From NCBI GenBank assembly GCA_040400605.1, contig JBBAPZ010000010.1, forward strand, positions 1-57,219: 57,219 nucleotides of DNA, read 5' to 3'. Source of the stretch: Candidatus Sericytochromatia bacterium (lineage in GTDB: Bacteria > Cyanobacteriota > Sericytochromatia > S15B-MN24 > JAQBPE01). The position numbers and the translations under genes are program-made. The notes below the pieces were generated by a model. It ran no database searches. It was not told the origin of the DNA and was given only the letters and a program-made list of their open reading frames with translations. This document shows positions 9,782-20,358 of this stretch, one piece after another; the stretch's first letter is position 1, and each line of letters starts with the position of its first letter.

Positions 9782-11107
9782 TCACGCCGCGTCCGGCTCT
9801 TCTTCCTCATTCTCATTGTCGACCGCATCGCCGTTCGGCCAAACAATCGATACGGCCGTTTGTTCAAGACGGTAATGCGCACGCAATGCCGAATTTGCAT
9901 CTGAGAGGGTGAGCGTGGCGATGAGATCCGGGATCTGAAAGAAGTCTTGGCCTTTAAAACCAATATCGGTTAACTGATTGGCGATCGCCTCAGGACTGTT
10001 CAACCCCCGCACGTATTCTCCCAGCTGCTTGCGGCGCGAACGCTCAAAATCATCCGCATCAAGCCCGTTCGTCAACGCGTGAGCCAAACCATCACGAATC
10101 GCTGTTTCAAATGCAACCGGATCATCCGTTTCAGTGCCAATATAACTGAAACCATAACCAGAACCAATTTCATAATCACAAGAAGGCGCATCATCAATCA
10201 AGCCTTGATCAAGCAAGCCTTGTACCAAAGGTGATACCGCACCGAACAACACGTCCTGAACAATTGCCATACACAACTCGCGCTGCAAATGGTCGGATTC
10301 CTTCAAAACGGCAGCGTCCTTCCAACCCAGCAGCACGAGCGGACGTGACACCGCCATTTGTATCTCGTGCCGCGCCTGCTGGATCGTACCCGGTTCTGCG
10401 GGCGTAAAGCGCTGAATCGAACGTGGCGGCGCAAACGTTTTGGCTGCTTGATTGCGCTGAATCAGGGCCATGATCGACTCGGGCTCGAAATCACCTACCA
10501 CTGCAACCATCATATTGGATGGGTGATAGAAGGTCTCATAACATTCCATTAGAGCGGCCTGATCGATCCGGCGAATCGACTCAACCGTTCCCGCAATATC
10601 AATGCGAACAGGCGATGCAACAAACAGGCACTCCAGGAGATGCCGATAACCACGCCAAAAAGGCATGTCATCGTACATCCGAATCTCTTGCTCAATGATG
10701 CCCTTTTCTTTTTCAATACTCTCAGGCGTCAGATAAGGGCGCTGCACAAAATCCAGCAAAGTCCCAAGATTTTTCTCGATCCCGCTGGTTGCCGAGAATA
10801 GATACGCCGTTCGGTCATGGCTGGTGAAGGCATTGGCTGACGCCCCCTGCGTCGCGAAATCATGAAAGACATCGCCCCACTCCTCCTCAAACAGCTTATG
10901 CTCCAAAAAGTGTGCAATCCCATCCACCACCTGATGCCGCGTACCGCTATCCACCTGAAAGTCATTGTCAACAGAACCATAACGGGTCGTAAACACCGCA
11001 TAGGTCTTCGAGTAACCCGCTTTGGGCAGCAGGGCGACGCGTAACCCGTTGGGTAAAGTCTCGGTATAGAGCTGCTCCCCGATCAGTTCGTAACGTGTAG
11101 CTTGCAT
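9782..11107 (-). CDS. ymfH: M16 family zinc peptidase, YmfH-like
   Basis: DGIAHFLEHKLFE (HxxEH), NAFTS, EKGIIEQEIRMY and TFYHPSNM. Confidence 0.88.
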   Translation of the reverse strand: MQATRYELIGEQLYTETLPNGLRVALLPKAGYSKTYAVFTTRYGSVDNDFQVDSGTRHQVVDGIAHFLEHKLFEEEWGDVFHDFATQGASANAFTSHDRTAYLFSATSGIEKNLGTLLDFVQRPYLTPESIEKEKGIIEQEIRMYDDMPFWRGYRHLLECLFVASPVRIDIAGTVESIRRIDQAALMECYETFYHPSNMMVAVVGDFEPESIMALIQRNQAAKTFAPPRSIQRFTPAEPGTIQQARHEIQMAVSRPLVLLGWKDAAVLKESDHLQRELCMAIVQDVLFGAVSPLVQGLLDQGLIDDAPSCDYEIGSGYGFSYIGTETDDPVAFETAIRDGLAHALTNGLDADDFERSRRKQLGEYVRGLNSPEAIANQLTDIGFKGQDFFQIPDLIATLTLSDANSALRAHYRLEQTAVSIVWPNGDAVDNENEEEEPDAA

Positions 11108-11120
11108 GACACACCCTCCC

Positions 11121-12452
11121 CTAATCCTGAACCGCGCTGGCGGAACCGGATGCTACAACGCTTGACGGCTCATCCGACAGAAAATAAACCGTATCAAGAC
11201 GTAACATTTCCGCCATGACACGCAAGTCATCCCTTGTAATATCGGGAATTGCCTTGGTCAATTCCTCAATACTGCGCTCGTGACCCGCGATACAAGACTC
11301 ATAGGCAAGGTTGATTAACGCACCGGGACTGTCATACGCCTCGCGGTAAGTATTGATGAGCATCGCCTTGGTCTGCTCAAGCTCCAAATCCGTCACATCG
11401 CCCGAGGCGATCGCCGCAAACTGCGCCTCAATCAACGCCCGTGCCCGCGCCTGCTCATTGACATTAATGCCTGCCTGCACCAACAACAAGCCCTTGTGTG
11501 GATCATAATGCGATCGCACTGAATACGCCAAACTAGCCTTTTCCCGCACATTGACGAACAATTTCGAATGCGCAAAGCCCCCCAACACACCATTGAACAT
11601 CATCATCGCGTAAAATGCGCCATCGCCATAACGCACCGGAACACGATAACCCATTACCAACTGCCCCTGATTCACCGCAGCCGTCTCACGCACTTCCTGC
11701 ACCCCAGTCAGCACCTTTCCGGATATCGGCGCGCTGTCCAAAGGCACCGACTCGCGCCCCTCAAACACAAAAACCCGCTCCAACTCCTCAGCAACCGCCG
11801 TCGGATCCACATCCCCCACCACGTAAAGGTCCATCGGCGCCGTCGCACAAATCCGGGCGTAGGCATCCCTTAATGTCTCAGGCGTTATCGCCGCCAAATC
11901 CTCGATGCGACCACCGGAATACAAACGATAAGGCTCCTCCGGACACATCGCATCAATACAACGCAAACGGGCATATTGCGCCTTGTGATTGAAAATGCCC
12001 TCGACACGCTTGCGTAACGCCTCTTTTTCCAACGTGACGAAACTCGCACGAAACGCGCCATTCTCCATCAAAGGATCACCCAGCATTTGATACAGATAAG
12101 CAATCCCCTCACGAAGCAACTCCGGTCGACCAGGCAAATACCTGCCATTGGGCAAGGTCAACCGAAACTGCATGACATGCCGTTCGCCGACCTTGAACGT
12201 ATCGGAACTGCCTACAGACCCGTACATGTCATCCAACGCACGCTGCATCGCCTGTACACTTGGATATTGCCGTGAACCACGCGTCAACACATAGGGCAAC
12301 AACGCCGAGGTCGTCACTTCACCCACCCTCAACGGACGCTGTATGTTCAAAACCAGGGTGTTGGTCTTGAACTTTGTCGTGGACAACACATGCACCCCAA
12401 ATCGAGGTGTCTGAAAATGTTCAAATTGCAAGCGTTTGCCCCTTTGCTCCAA
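11121..12452 (-). CDS. ymfF: M16 family non-catalytic subunit, YmfF-like (alternative TTG start at 12431)
   Basis: TTKFKT and GGFAHSKLFVNVREKASLAY; no HxxEH; tandem with the YmfH-like gene. Confidence 0.85.
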   Translation of the reverse strand: MEQRGKRLQFEHFQTPRFGVHVLSTTKFKTNTLVLNIQRPLRVGEVTTSALLPYVLTRGSRQYPSVQAMQRALDDMYGSVGSSDTFKVGERHVMQFRLTLPNGRYLPGRPELLREGIAYLYQMLGDPLMENGAFRASFVTLEKEALRKRVEGIFNHKAQYARLRCIDAMCPEEPYRLYSGGRIEDLAAITPETLRDAYARICATAPMDLYVVGDVDPTAVAEELERVFVFEGRESVPLDSAPISGKVLTGVQEVRETAAVNQGQLVMGYRVPVRYGDGAFYAMMMFNGVLGGFAHSKLFVNVREKASLAYSVRSHYDPHKGLLLVQAGINVNEQARARALIEAQFAAIASGDVTDLELEQTKAMLINTYREAYDSPGALINLAYESCIAGHERSIEELTKAIPDITRDDLRVMAEMLRLDTVYFLSDEPSSVVASGSASAVQD

Positions 12453-12717
12453 CCATGCAGGCCGTCATCGTAACAAACCCCGGCGTCAACGACAAGCAGA
12501 CACGTGCCACCCTGTGCAGGCGCCAACACCAACACACACCTCAGCCCATCATGACCGCTTGACACGCTCCACACGTTGTAATGACCCTGGCCCGAACCGA
12601 CGAACATGACGAGTCGACCCGGCCAATTTTTATAAAATGAAAAATGACTTGGTGCCGCGGTTTTGACTTTTGCGAGTTAAACCATCAAACAGCCACTTGC
12701 GCCGCACTTTGAAACCC

Positions 12718-13203
12718 TCAAACCGCCAGTCGCTGTTGCTTTTGAAATCGCAAAAGCACTTCAAGCTGCGGCTCCCGCAACAAACCTTCTTGCAACAACA
12801 ATTCGCCCAACGGTTGTTTGGTGGTGCGCTGCAATTCCAGTGCGATCAACAGCTGCACCGGTGTCAATAAAGCGTTTTCAATCAACAAGTGCCCCAACGG
12901 ACGATCGCCAGGCGCAGACGCCAAACGTCGCTGCAAACGCGTGAAAAACCGTAACTGTGCTACCGTGCATATTCCAAGCTGCAAGAGCAAGTCACCAAAC
13001 GACACATTTTCGCCTGCCTGACGCCTGATGCGCCACAACTGCAACGCTTTCTCCGCTTGACGACGACTCAACAACCCCTCCCGCTGCAAAATGGTGCACA
13101 AAAAGGGCCTGTACGTCGATTTTTGAGACTGAGCAATGAACGCTACGCCTGCGGCTTCACCGGCTTCGGTCTTGAGATCCGCTTGGTCGACGTCTTGCAA
13201 CAT
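12718..13203 (-). CDS. Small protein made of tandem MshEN-like motifs (putative c-di-GMP receptor)
   Basis: RPLGHLLIENALLTPVQLLIALELQ, QPLGELLLQEGLLREPQLEVLLRFQ and SFGDLLLQLGICTVAQL. Confidence 0.7.
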   Translation of the reverse strand: MLQDVDQADLKTEAGEAAGVAFIAQSQKSTYRPFLCTILQREGLLSRRQAEKALQLWRIRRQAGENVSFGDLLLQLGICTVAQLRFFTRLQRRLASAPGDRPLGHLLIENALLTPVQLLIALELQRTTKQPLGELLLQEGLLREPQLEVLLRFQKQQRLAV

Positions 13204-13348
13204 GGTTTCACCCTTCCACTTTTTGGACCTTAAAGCCAAGGTCCTCTATGGGCTTTATCACCACAAATCCGCAAAAAGTACGAGTTTTTACTCAAAGTTT
13301 AATCAGGCTTAAGATTTTTTAATTCGATGCGATCCAAACGGTGGCAGG

Positions 13349-13445
13349 AATGGCGCTGTTTGTACAACAAGCTGGACAAATCACTCAATGTTTCGCGTTA
13401 CACCTGTGCTGTTTGCGGTTGGCGTACGACAGGTGGCACTTGCTT
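13349..13445 (+). repeat. Repeat family A, diverged copy A2
   Basis: aatggcgc...caatgtttcgcgttacacctgtgctgtttgcggttggcgtacgacaggtggcacttg aligns with 40427-40530. Confidence 0.6.
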
Positions 13446-13446
13446 C

Positions 13447-13521
13447 GACGGTCATTCGACAGTTCGCGCTAAAAAATTCCGGGAACCAAGTCGTCGCCAG
13501 AATGATAAAAAAACATTCGAT
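13447..13521 (+). repeat. Repeat family B, partial copy
   Basis: acggtcattcgacagttcgcgctaaaaaattccgggaa...aaaacattcgat aligns with 55648-55720. Confidence 0.7.
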
Positions 13522-13603
13522 GGGCCATATTTCGGAATGGAAACAGCGCGGACGCGATGGGCGATTGCCGCTATTGACCGACAGTTTGCGCTTGCTGCGC
13601 CAT
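13520..13603 (-). repeat. Repeat family A, copy A3
   Basis: Reverse complement reads atggcgcagcaagcgcaaactgtcggtcaatagcggc...gcgctgtttccattccgaaatatggccc. Confidence 0.85.
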
Positions 13604-13745
13604 CTTGACTGGTGATTGAACAAGATAGCTGAATCATCAGTTTGACAAGCGCTGATCCAACAGTGTCTGCAATACGTTTTTTTTCGGGTGTTTTTCACAC
13701 GGTTGGCCGTGACGGTGGTTCGCGAAATTCAGACTAGGCAGGTGT

Positions 13746-16700
13746 TTAGACGGACGTTACTGATCGACCGAAAAGGCGAAGGAGGCGACGTTGGAAACCA
13801 TCCACATAGGTATAAGCGGCAGGAATCACCACCAAGGTAAACAATGTGGATGTGGTCAGTCCTCCGATGACGGCCACCGCCATTGGACTGAGACGCTCGG
13901 TGCCTTCACCGATGGATAACGCGATGGGAAGCATCCCTGCGATCATGGCGACGGTGGTCATCAAAATGGGTCGCAGTCGATCCTTGCCGGACGCGATCAG
14001 TGCCGCTCGGCGCTCCAGACCGTTGTCGCGCGCCGTGATGGTGTACTCAATCAGCAGAATCGAGTTTTTCGTGACCAAACCCATCAGCATCAAGATGCCA
14101 ATCATCGCCATCAAACCCATTTCCTTGCCCGAAACAAGCAGGCCGAACAATGCACCACCAATCGATAGCGGCAAGGCCATCATGATGGTTAATGGTTGCA
14201 AGAAGCCGCCAAAAAGTAGAACCAGCACGGCGTAGATGAAAATAATCCCCGTCAGGAGCGCAAGCAGGGTCTCAGTGAAGACTTCCATCATGATTTTGGA
14301 TTCACCCACAGAACCACGGTTCACTGTGTCGGGTAAGTTTTTGATTGCAGCGAGGGCGTTGATTTTTGCCACCGCATCACCCAAATTACCCGCTGTCAAG
14401 TTGGCAGTAAAGGTGACTTGTCGTGCGCGATCATAACGGTCAATCTGTACGGGACCCGTGCCAAATGATAGCTCAGCCACCGTTCGCAACGGCACTTGGG
14501 TGCCCCGCGCAGGAATCAACAAATCGCCAATCGTCGCAATATCATCCCGAACGGTTTCCGCCAGTTGTACCCGGATGTTCAATTGTTGAGAGCCTGTATT
14601 GAACTTGGCCAGATTAAAATCCGTATCGCCTTGCGTGCCGAGACGCGCCACCCGTCCCAAAGTTGCTACCGATACACCCAGTTCCGCCGCCCGAGCGAGA
14701 TCAGGCTTGATCTGAATCTCGGGTCTCAGTTCTGCCGCAGTCGATGTGACATCCCGTAACTCGGGCATGGCACGCATTTGCTTCAACAATTCATCCGACA
14801 CCCGCACGAGATCCGCCGTGTTGGTTGAGCGTAACAAGATATTGACCGGTTTGCTTGATCCGGTTGCGCCAAATTGATTGAACGAAATCCGCGCACCCGG
14901 TATCTTGTTCAACTCCGGCCGCAACTCATTTTGAAACTGGTCAAGGCTCAATTTGCGGGTCTTGCGCGGTACCAACACCACGTTGATCGTCGCACGGGTA
15001 ACACTGGATCCTGTCGAAATCAATGCCCCGCCAGCACTGGCACCACTGCTACCAATCGTCGCAAACACCTTTGACACCTCTGGCCGTTTTAACATCAAAT
15101 CTGTCACGGCTTGGGCGACACGATCAGTTTCAGCAATGGTGGATCCCGCTGGCAAAGTGACGCCTACCGACGATTGTCCAATGTCGCCGACCGAGATAAA
15201 CCCCTTCGGAATCAATGGCACCAGAAACAGCGAGCCAACAAATACACCCAGCGCCGCTACCATCGTCAGCAAGCGATTCGACAAGGCGACGTTAAGAGTC
15301 CTGAGGTAAAGCGCACGATACCAGGTATTGTCGTCAGTGGCCTCAACCTTGGCTGGCAACAGGTAGGCAGCCATCATCGGCGTGAGCGTTCGCGCCACCA
15401 GCAACGAGAACAAAACGGCAACCGACACGGTGATGCCAAAACTTCTGAAAAATTGCCCGGTGATGCCCCCCATGAACGCCACGGGTCCAAAGACGGCAAC
15501 AATCGTAAACGTGGTGGCGACGATCGCCAAGCCGATTTCGTCCGTCGCCTCAATGGCGGCCTGTAACGGTGACTTGCCCATGGCAATATGACGGTAAATG
15601 TTCTCCAAATCAACGATCGCATCATCCACAAGCACCCCGACAACCAAGGTCAACGCCAAGGTTGTCATTCCGTTTAGGGTATAACCGAGGTGCCGCATCA
15701 CCCAAAAGGTGGCAATCACGGACAGTGGAATGGCCAGAGCCGAAATGATCGTGGCTTGCCAATTCCGTAAAAAAAGGTAAATCACGGCCACTGCCAAAAT
15801 TGAACCAAGATAGAGCGCATCCATTGAAGCGGCGTGCGCTGCACGCGTATAATCGGCCAACGTGCGAATCAATTCGATCCGCACATCGCTTGGCAGGCTC
15901 TTCTTCATCTCTTCTACTTGCCTGCGTGTGGCCTCTTCCGTCTGCACGAGCGCTGAACCCTGCGCCCGCACCACCGAAAACGCCACCACCGGTTTCCCAT
16001 CCAGACGCGCCATCTGTCGCACCTCGGCATAACCGTCCGTCACGCTGCCAAGGGTGTCCAAACGCGCGGTTTTCCCGTTGGGCAAGGTGATGGGCAGCGC
16101 CCGTAAATCCGCGATGCTTCGCGCAGAACCTAGCGTTCGGATGGCTTGTTCCTGCCCACCCGCCTCAGCACGCCCACCCGGCAGATTAAGGTTTAAAGCC
16201 CGCAACTGTTGATTGACGTGATCAACGGATGCACCCAGCGCCCGCAATCGTGCCGGATCCAACGACACGCGCACTTCCCTGGTCAAACCACCCGAGCGAC
16301 GCACCTGCGCGACACCTGACACGCTCAGGAGCGACCGGGTAATGTCTTCGTCCACCAGACGGGACAGTTCGGCCACTGAACGGACATCGGAGGCGATGGC
16401 GTAGGTGATGAACGGTTCACCACTAAAATTGGGATGTGTGATGCTCGGTTCGTTGATGTCTGCCGGCAAGGTCTGGCGAATTTTGCTGATCGCATCCCGT
16501 ACATCGTTCAAAGCAGTCTCGGAACGTGTTCCAATCTTGAACTCGGCAGTCGTGGTCGACAACCCCTCATTGATGGAAGAGGTCACGTGATCCAAACCAC
16601 TGATGCCGACCAGCGCATCTTCAACCTTACGCGTGACTTCGGTCTCAAGCTCCGCAGGCGATGCGCCCGGTTGCGCCACGCTGACAACGATCAATGGAAA

Positions 16701-16823
16701 GTCGACATCGGGATTGTCGTTGATACCAAGCCCTCGATAGGCCAAAAGCCCTAAAAAGAGCAAAATGACGAACATCAGAACAATCGGGATCGGGCGTTTA
16801 ATCGCCCACGCTGAAATGTTCAT
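13746..16823 (-). CDS. RND efflux transporter permease (AcrB/AcrF family)
   Basis: 1025 aa; GVLVDDAIVDLEN, GLVTKNSILL and RLRPILMTT. Confidence 0.95.
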   Translation of the reverse strand: MNISAWAIKRPIPIVLMFVILLFLGLLAYRGLGINDNPDVDFPLIVVSVAQPGASPAELETEVTRKVEDALVGISGLDHVTSSINEGLSTTTAEFKIGTRSETALNDVRDAISKIRQTLPADINEPSITHPNFSGEPFITYAIASDVRSVAELSRLVDEDITRSLLSVSGVAQVRRSGGLTREVRVSLDPARLRALGASVDHVNQQLRALNLNLPGGRAEAGGQEQAIRTLGSARSIADLRALPITLPNGKTARLDTLGSVTDGYAEVRQMARLDGKPVVAFSVVRAQGSALVQTEEATRRQVEEMKKSLPSDVRIELIRTLADYTRAAHAASMDALYLGSILAVAVIYLFLRNWQATIISALAIPLSVIATFWVMRHLGYTLNGMTTLALTLVVGVLVDDAIVDLENIYRHIAMGKSPLQAAIEATDEIGLAIVATTFTIVAVFGPVAFMGGITGQFFRSFGITVSVAVLFSLLVARTLTPMMAAYLLPAKVEATDDNTWYRALYLRTLNVALSNRLLTMVAALGVFVGSLFLVPLIPKGFISVGDIGQSSVGVTLPAGSTIAETDRVAQAVTDLMLKRPEVSKVFATIGSSGASAGGALISTGSSVTRATINVVLVPRKTRKLSLDQFQNELRPELNKIPGARISFNQFGATGSSKPVNILLRSTNTADLVRVSDELLKQMRAMPELRDVTSTAAELRPEIQIKPDLARAAELGVSVATLGRVARLGTQGDTDFNLAKFNTGSQQLNIRVQLAETVRDDIATIGDLLIPARGTQVPLRTVAELSFGTGPVQIDRYDRARQVTFTANLTAGNLGDAVAKINALAAIKNLPDTVNRGSVGESKIMMEVFTETLLALLTGIIFIYAVLVLLFGGFLQPLTIMMALPLSIGGALFGLLVSGKEMGLMAMIGILMLMGLVTKNSILLIEYTITARDNGLERRAALIASGKDRLRPILMTTVAMIAGMLPIALSIGEGTERLSPMAVAVIGGLTTSTLFTLVVIPAAYTYVDGFQRRLLRLFGRSVTSV

Positions 16824-18136
16824 GGCGATGGTTCCACTTCAGGTGCATCGGATGAAGGCGTATCGGATTCGTCTTGCAGGGCTGGCGCGACATTGACCGC
16901 ATCGCCATCTTTCAGGAACCCGACGCCAGCAATAATGACCGGCTCGCCCGCCTTGAGTCCACGGTTGATGGCAACCCAGTCCCCGGCGCGCAGTCCAGGC
17001 TGCACGGAACGGGTTTTCGCCACTCCGTTTTCAAGGACGAACACCTGAGAACCGTTTTCGGTGGTAATGAGCGCACGTGACAACACAGCCAGGGTCTTGA
17101 CCGCTCCAAGATTGATGGCTGCGCGCACGAACATACCCGCCTTGAATTCAGAACCTTGCTCAAGGGCGATCTTGACGGTCGCCTGACGCGAACTGGCATC
17201 CACCTGCGCACCCACCATGCGCACCCTGCCCGTTGCGCGCAAGTCAGGTCGGGCATCCGAACTGACTTGCACCAACTGCCCCTCTTTTAAACGCCCAAGA
17301 TCCGTCTCAGGCACCAACGCCTCAACCTCCAGACGATTCGCACGCACCAATTGAAACAACGCCCGTCCAACCGTCGACACATCCCCGAGATGCGCATCCC
17401 GCCGAACGATCAGCCCTGCATCCGGTGCCACGAGCCGCGTCTGCGCCAACATGGCCTCCATCTGTCGCACACTGGCCTGCGCCTCTGCTGCCTGCGCCTC
17501 CGCCAGACGCAAATCTTCCGCCCGCGAACCTTCTCGCGCCAAACTCAAACGCTGCCGAGCCTGCTCAACCCCAGCGCGCGCCACACCCACCTGCATCTCG
17601 CGACTCACCAATTCCGCATCGGACACCCCGCCCTCTTCCCGCAAAGCTTTAACGCGCTTCCAGGTGTCCTCCACCATCTGAAAATTCGCTTCAGCCTGCG
17701 CCAACGCGGCTTCCGCACTCAACAAATCCTGACGCCGCGTCGGTTGACGCATCTTCGCCAGTTGGGCCAATGCACCTGCCGCACGCGCCCTGGCTGCCTG
17801 GGTCTGTGCCAGCAAGGTCGAGTCATCCAACTGTGCCAGCAACTGGCCGCGCACCACGGTCTGCCCTTCCTCAGCCGCGACCTTCACAATACGCAAACCG
17901 TTCGCACCCGGCATGACCGGCAATGGGTCCCACGCCACCACTGACCCACTGACCAAAAGCTCTCGCAGCAACGATTGTTCACCGACAACGGCTGTACTCA
18001 CCGTCAAAACCTTGGGTGCACCACTCGCTTGCGCATCCGGCTTGGATTTTTTGGAAGAGCAGGCGGTCAGCGACGTGCCACCAACACCAATCAGCAAAAC
18101 AGCAAACAATGTCCTGTAAAGGAGGCGACGACGCAT
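16820..18136 (-). CDS. RND periplasmic adaptor (membrane fusion) lipoprotein
   Basis: LTAC lipobox, EEGQTVVRGQLLAQLD lipoyl-like half, helical hairpin and GMFVRA; overlaps the permease start. Confidence 0.92.
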   Translation of the reverse strand: MRRRLLYRTLFAVLLIGVGGTSLTACSSKKSKPDAQASGAPKVLTVSTAVVGEQSLLRELLVSGSVVAWDPLPVMPGANGLRIVKVAAEEGQTVVRGQLLAQLDDSTLLAQTQAARARAAGALAQLAKMRQPTRRQDLLSAEAALAQAEANFQMVEDTWKRVKALREEGGVSDAELVSREMQVGVARAGVEQARQRLSLAREGSRAEDLRLAEAQAAEAQASVRQMEAMLAQTRLVAPDAGLIVRRDAHLGDVSTVGRALFQLVRANRLEVEALVPETDLGRLKEGQLVQVSSDARPDLRATGRVRMVGAQVDASSRQATVKIALEQGSEFKAGMFVRAAINLGAVKTLAVLSRALITTENGSQVFVLENGVAKTRSVQPGLRAGDWVAINRGLKAGEPVIIAGVGFLKDGDAVNVAPALQDESDTPSSDAPEVEPSP

Positions 18137-18270
18137 GTGTGGATATCCTCTCGCAGACACGTGGCCACGACGCGCCAAGCGTCTATTTATTTAAACCGTA
18201 AATATTTTGAGGTGTCAAATAAAAATATATGTCGCAATTGATATATTGCTCGGTATAGTGGTCACACTTG

Positions 18271-20358
18271 TCACTTTTGCGTTGGCAGGATGTCCTTGAG
18301 CATCAAGGGACTGTTGGGAAGGGTTTGCGTCTGGCAGCGCACCTGCAACGGGCGGGCTGTCAGGTTGGGTGATTGAAGCAGTGATAGTGGCACTGCGAGT
18401 TCGGTTGCGTACGCGCCGGTTTTGATGATGACGCCTGCCGGTGCCTGGATTTTTGCGTCACAGTCAAGGGTAAGTTGGCCGACTTGCACTTGGCAAGGGG
18501 TGCTGGAACCGGCGTATTGGATGCCGAGATACAGATAAGTCTGGTCATAGCCGTAAAACAGTGACTGGATGGGAAGGGCTTGGTTCATTGTGCCGTTCGG
18601 TGCGAAGCAGGCACCTGCATCGGCCCATTCCTGGCGCTGCAAATTGCCATCCAGGATGGGGTGAAGGGTGCCCTTGGGTTTGCGTGGGCCTGGTGGTTGG
18701 TGCGTCAGTGATTGCTTCAGTGATGTTGGCGGGGTTTGGGCGATCGCCTGATAGGCGCTTTGTAGCAACTGGCGATAGGCCAGGTCGAAGGTCTCGTCGC
18801 GACCGGAATCCTGGTCTTGTCCATACCACCAGAACCAGTCACTGCCTTCCGCGATATAGAGGGTTTTGAGGGCTTTTTGATAGGCAGGGTGTTTTAGGCC
18901 ATGCGCCACGCCAAATTGCTGAACCGCGCGCCGCGCATCGTGCAGTGCGTCCCAAGCCCGGTTTTCATCGGGTTCTCCGATCCACGTCGCGAAGTTGGCG
19001 TTGATCCAGGAACCGGCCCATAGGTGCTTGAGGGGTTCCGGGCGATTCAACTGGAGGTAGCGTGACGGGGTTGTGGTGTAGAGATGCTCGGATGTTGAGA
19101 GGCCCTGATAGAGTGCATTCAGGAAGGCCTTGCCGTCATCCGGGTAATTTTCCCAGCAGTTTTCGCCATCGAGGATGATGGTTACCAGTCGCGGGTGGGT
19201 AGCTTGAGGCTTTGCGATCGCCTCCAACTGACCCAGCAAGTCTTGGGCGGCAACCTCGCCTGCCATATTCCCATACCGAAACCCAATGTCATCGGATAGT
19301 TTCCGATCACGAAACAGCAACGCCACGCCGTTTGGTTCCTGCCAAGGGCGATACAGATGCTCGCGATCTGCGCCGGTCAAATCCCGCCCTAATGAGCGGG
19401 CGAGGACTTCCTCGTCAGTCGCCACCCACTGAATCCCCGCTGCCTTGAACAGCGGCATCACGGCTTGGGCAACCGAGCCTTCACCCGGCCACATGCCCGT
19501 TGCAGGACGGCCAAAATGCTTGCGATAACTGGCTTGGGCAGCTTCCACGTGGTAGCGGGCGTCTTCGGGAAATGCAAAGGGTTGTTCCGGTAAACTGTCG
19601 CGGTCCATGGCTTCGCTTGCGAGCTCCGTGCTGTGAAGCAGCGGCAAGATGGGATGATAATAAGGCGTGGTGCTGACTTCGATGGCACCGTCTAGTTGCG
19701 CCTGACGGTGCAGGGGGATGACGCCGCGCAAGATTGCGCGATGCCGTTTGAGTAATTCCAGCATATCGTGGTGGCTGAAGCCTTCAGTCTGTTTGAGCCA
19801 ACGCTGGCCGACTGCATCTTTCTTGCCTTCCCCGTCAGTCCAGTTGAGCCAGTCGGTGTCGGTCCAGGCGAGGTGAAAGAGCATGACGGCATCGCGCCAG
19901 TCTTGTGCGTTGAGCGATCGCCAGGGTCTCGCCTTGAGGGTAGCCAGTCGGGGGAAACGTTTGAGCATGGGCTGTGAGACCTGAAAGAAACGGTTGGCGG
20001 CTTCGGCTTTTTCGTCTGGGGTCCAGGTTGCGGGGTCACGGCTGGCCAGTTCGGCGTGGCGATCCGTCCCGCCCGCGTTGTAAGCCTCGATTTGTTCGAT
20101 GAGGACCGGCGTCAAGTTGAAGCTGACCTTCAAATCTTTAAACCGTGTCACGGTCTGCACCATATCTGCGTAGTCCTTGGTTGTGTGCAATCGCACCCAA
20201 GGTTGCTCAAAAACCTTGGTACCCGGGCGTTGGGGATAGCGCGGCTGGTGTTGGTGCCACAGAATCGCAACGGCCGTTTTGCTGACAGGCTGTGCTTGGG
20301 CGCCCATCAACAGGGGGAAGGTGAGGCAAGCGATGAAGCGGTGAGTGAATCGCGGCAA
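18271..20358 (-). CDS. Glycoside hydrolase family 57 (amylopullulanase-like) with a signal peptide
   Basis: WHQHQP, TPYYHPILPL, GMWPGEGSV, LDGENCWE and AEGSDWFWW conserved regions. Confidence 0.92.
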   Translation of the reverse strand: MPRFTHRFIACLTFPLLMGAQAQPVSKTAVAILWHQHQPRYPQRPGTKVFEQPWVRLHTTKDYADMVQTVTRFKDLKVSFNLTPVLIEQIEAYNAGGTDRHAELASRDPATWTPDEKAEAANRFFQVSQPMLKRFPRLATLKARPWRSLNAQDWRDAVMLFHLAWTDTDWLNWTDGEGKKDAVGQRWLKQTEGFSHHDMLELLKRHRAILRGVIPLHRQAQLDGAIEVSTTPYYHPILPLLHSTELASEAMDRDSLPEQPFAFPEDARYHVEAAQASYRKHFGRPATGMWPGEGSVAQAVMPLFKAAGIQWVATDEEVLARSLGRDLTGADREHLYRPWQEPNGVALLFRDRKLSDDIGFRYGNMAGEVAAQDLLGQLEAIAKPQATHPRLVTIILDGENCWENYPDDGKAFLNALYQGLSTSEHLYTTTPSRYLQLNRPEPLKHLWAGSWINANFATWIGEPDENRAWDALHDARRAVQQFGVAHGLKHPAYQKALKTLYIAEGSDWFWWYGQDQDSGRDETFDLAYRQLLQSAYQAIAQTPPTSLKQSLTHQPPGPRKPKGTLHPILDGNLQRQEWADAGACFAPNGTMNQALPIQSLFYGYDQTYLYLGIQYAGSSTPCQVQVGQLTLDCDAKIQAPAGVIIKTGAYATELAVPLSLLQSPNLTARPLQVRCQTQTLPNSPLMLKDILPTQK

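Noticed and set aside
6576..12452. hutH/FTCD cluster without hutU/hutI, next to the M16 pair; RND operon without TolC
   Set aside because: Split pathways of this kind are common and the missing genes may lie elsewhere in the genome.
18234..18249. GCAAT-N6-ATTGC palindrome upstream of the RND operon
   Set aside because: The arms are short, no regulator gene is nearby, and it may be chance in AT-rich DNA.
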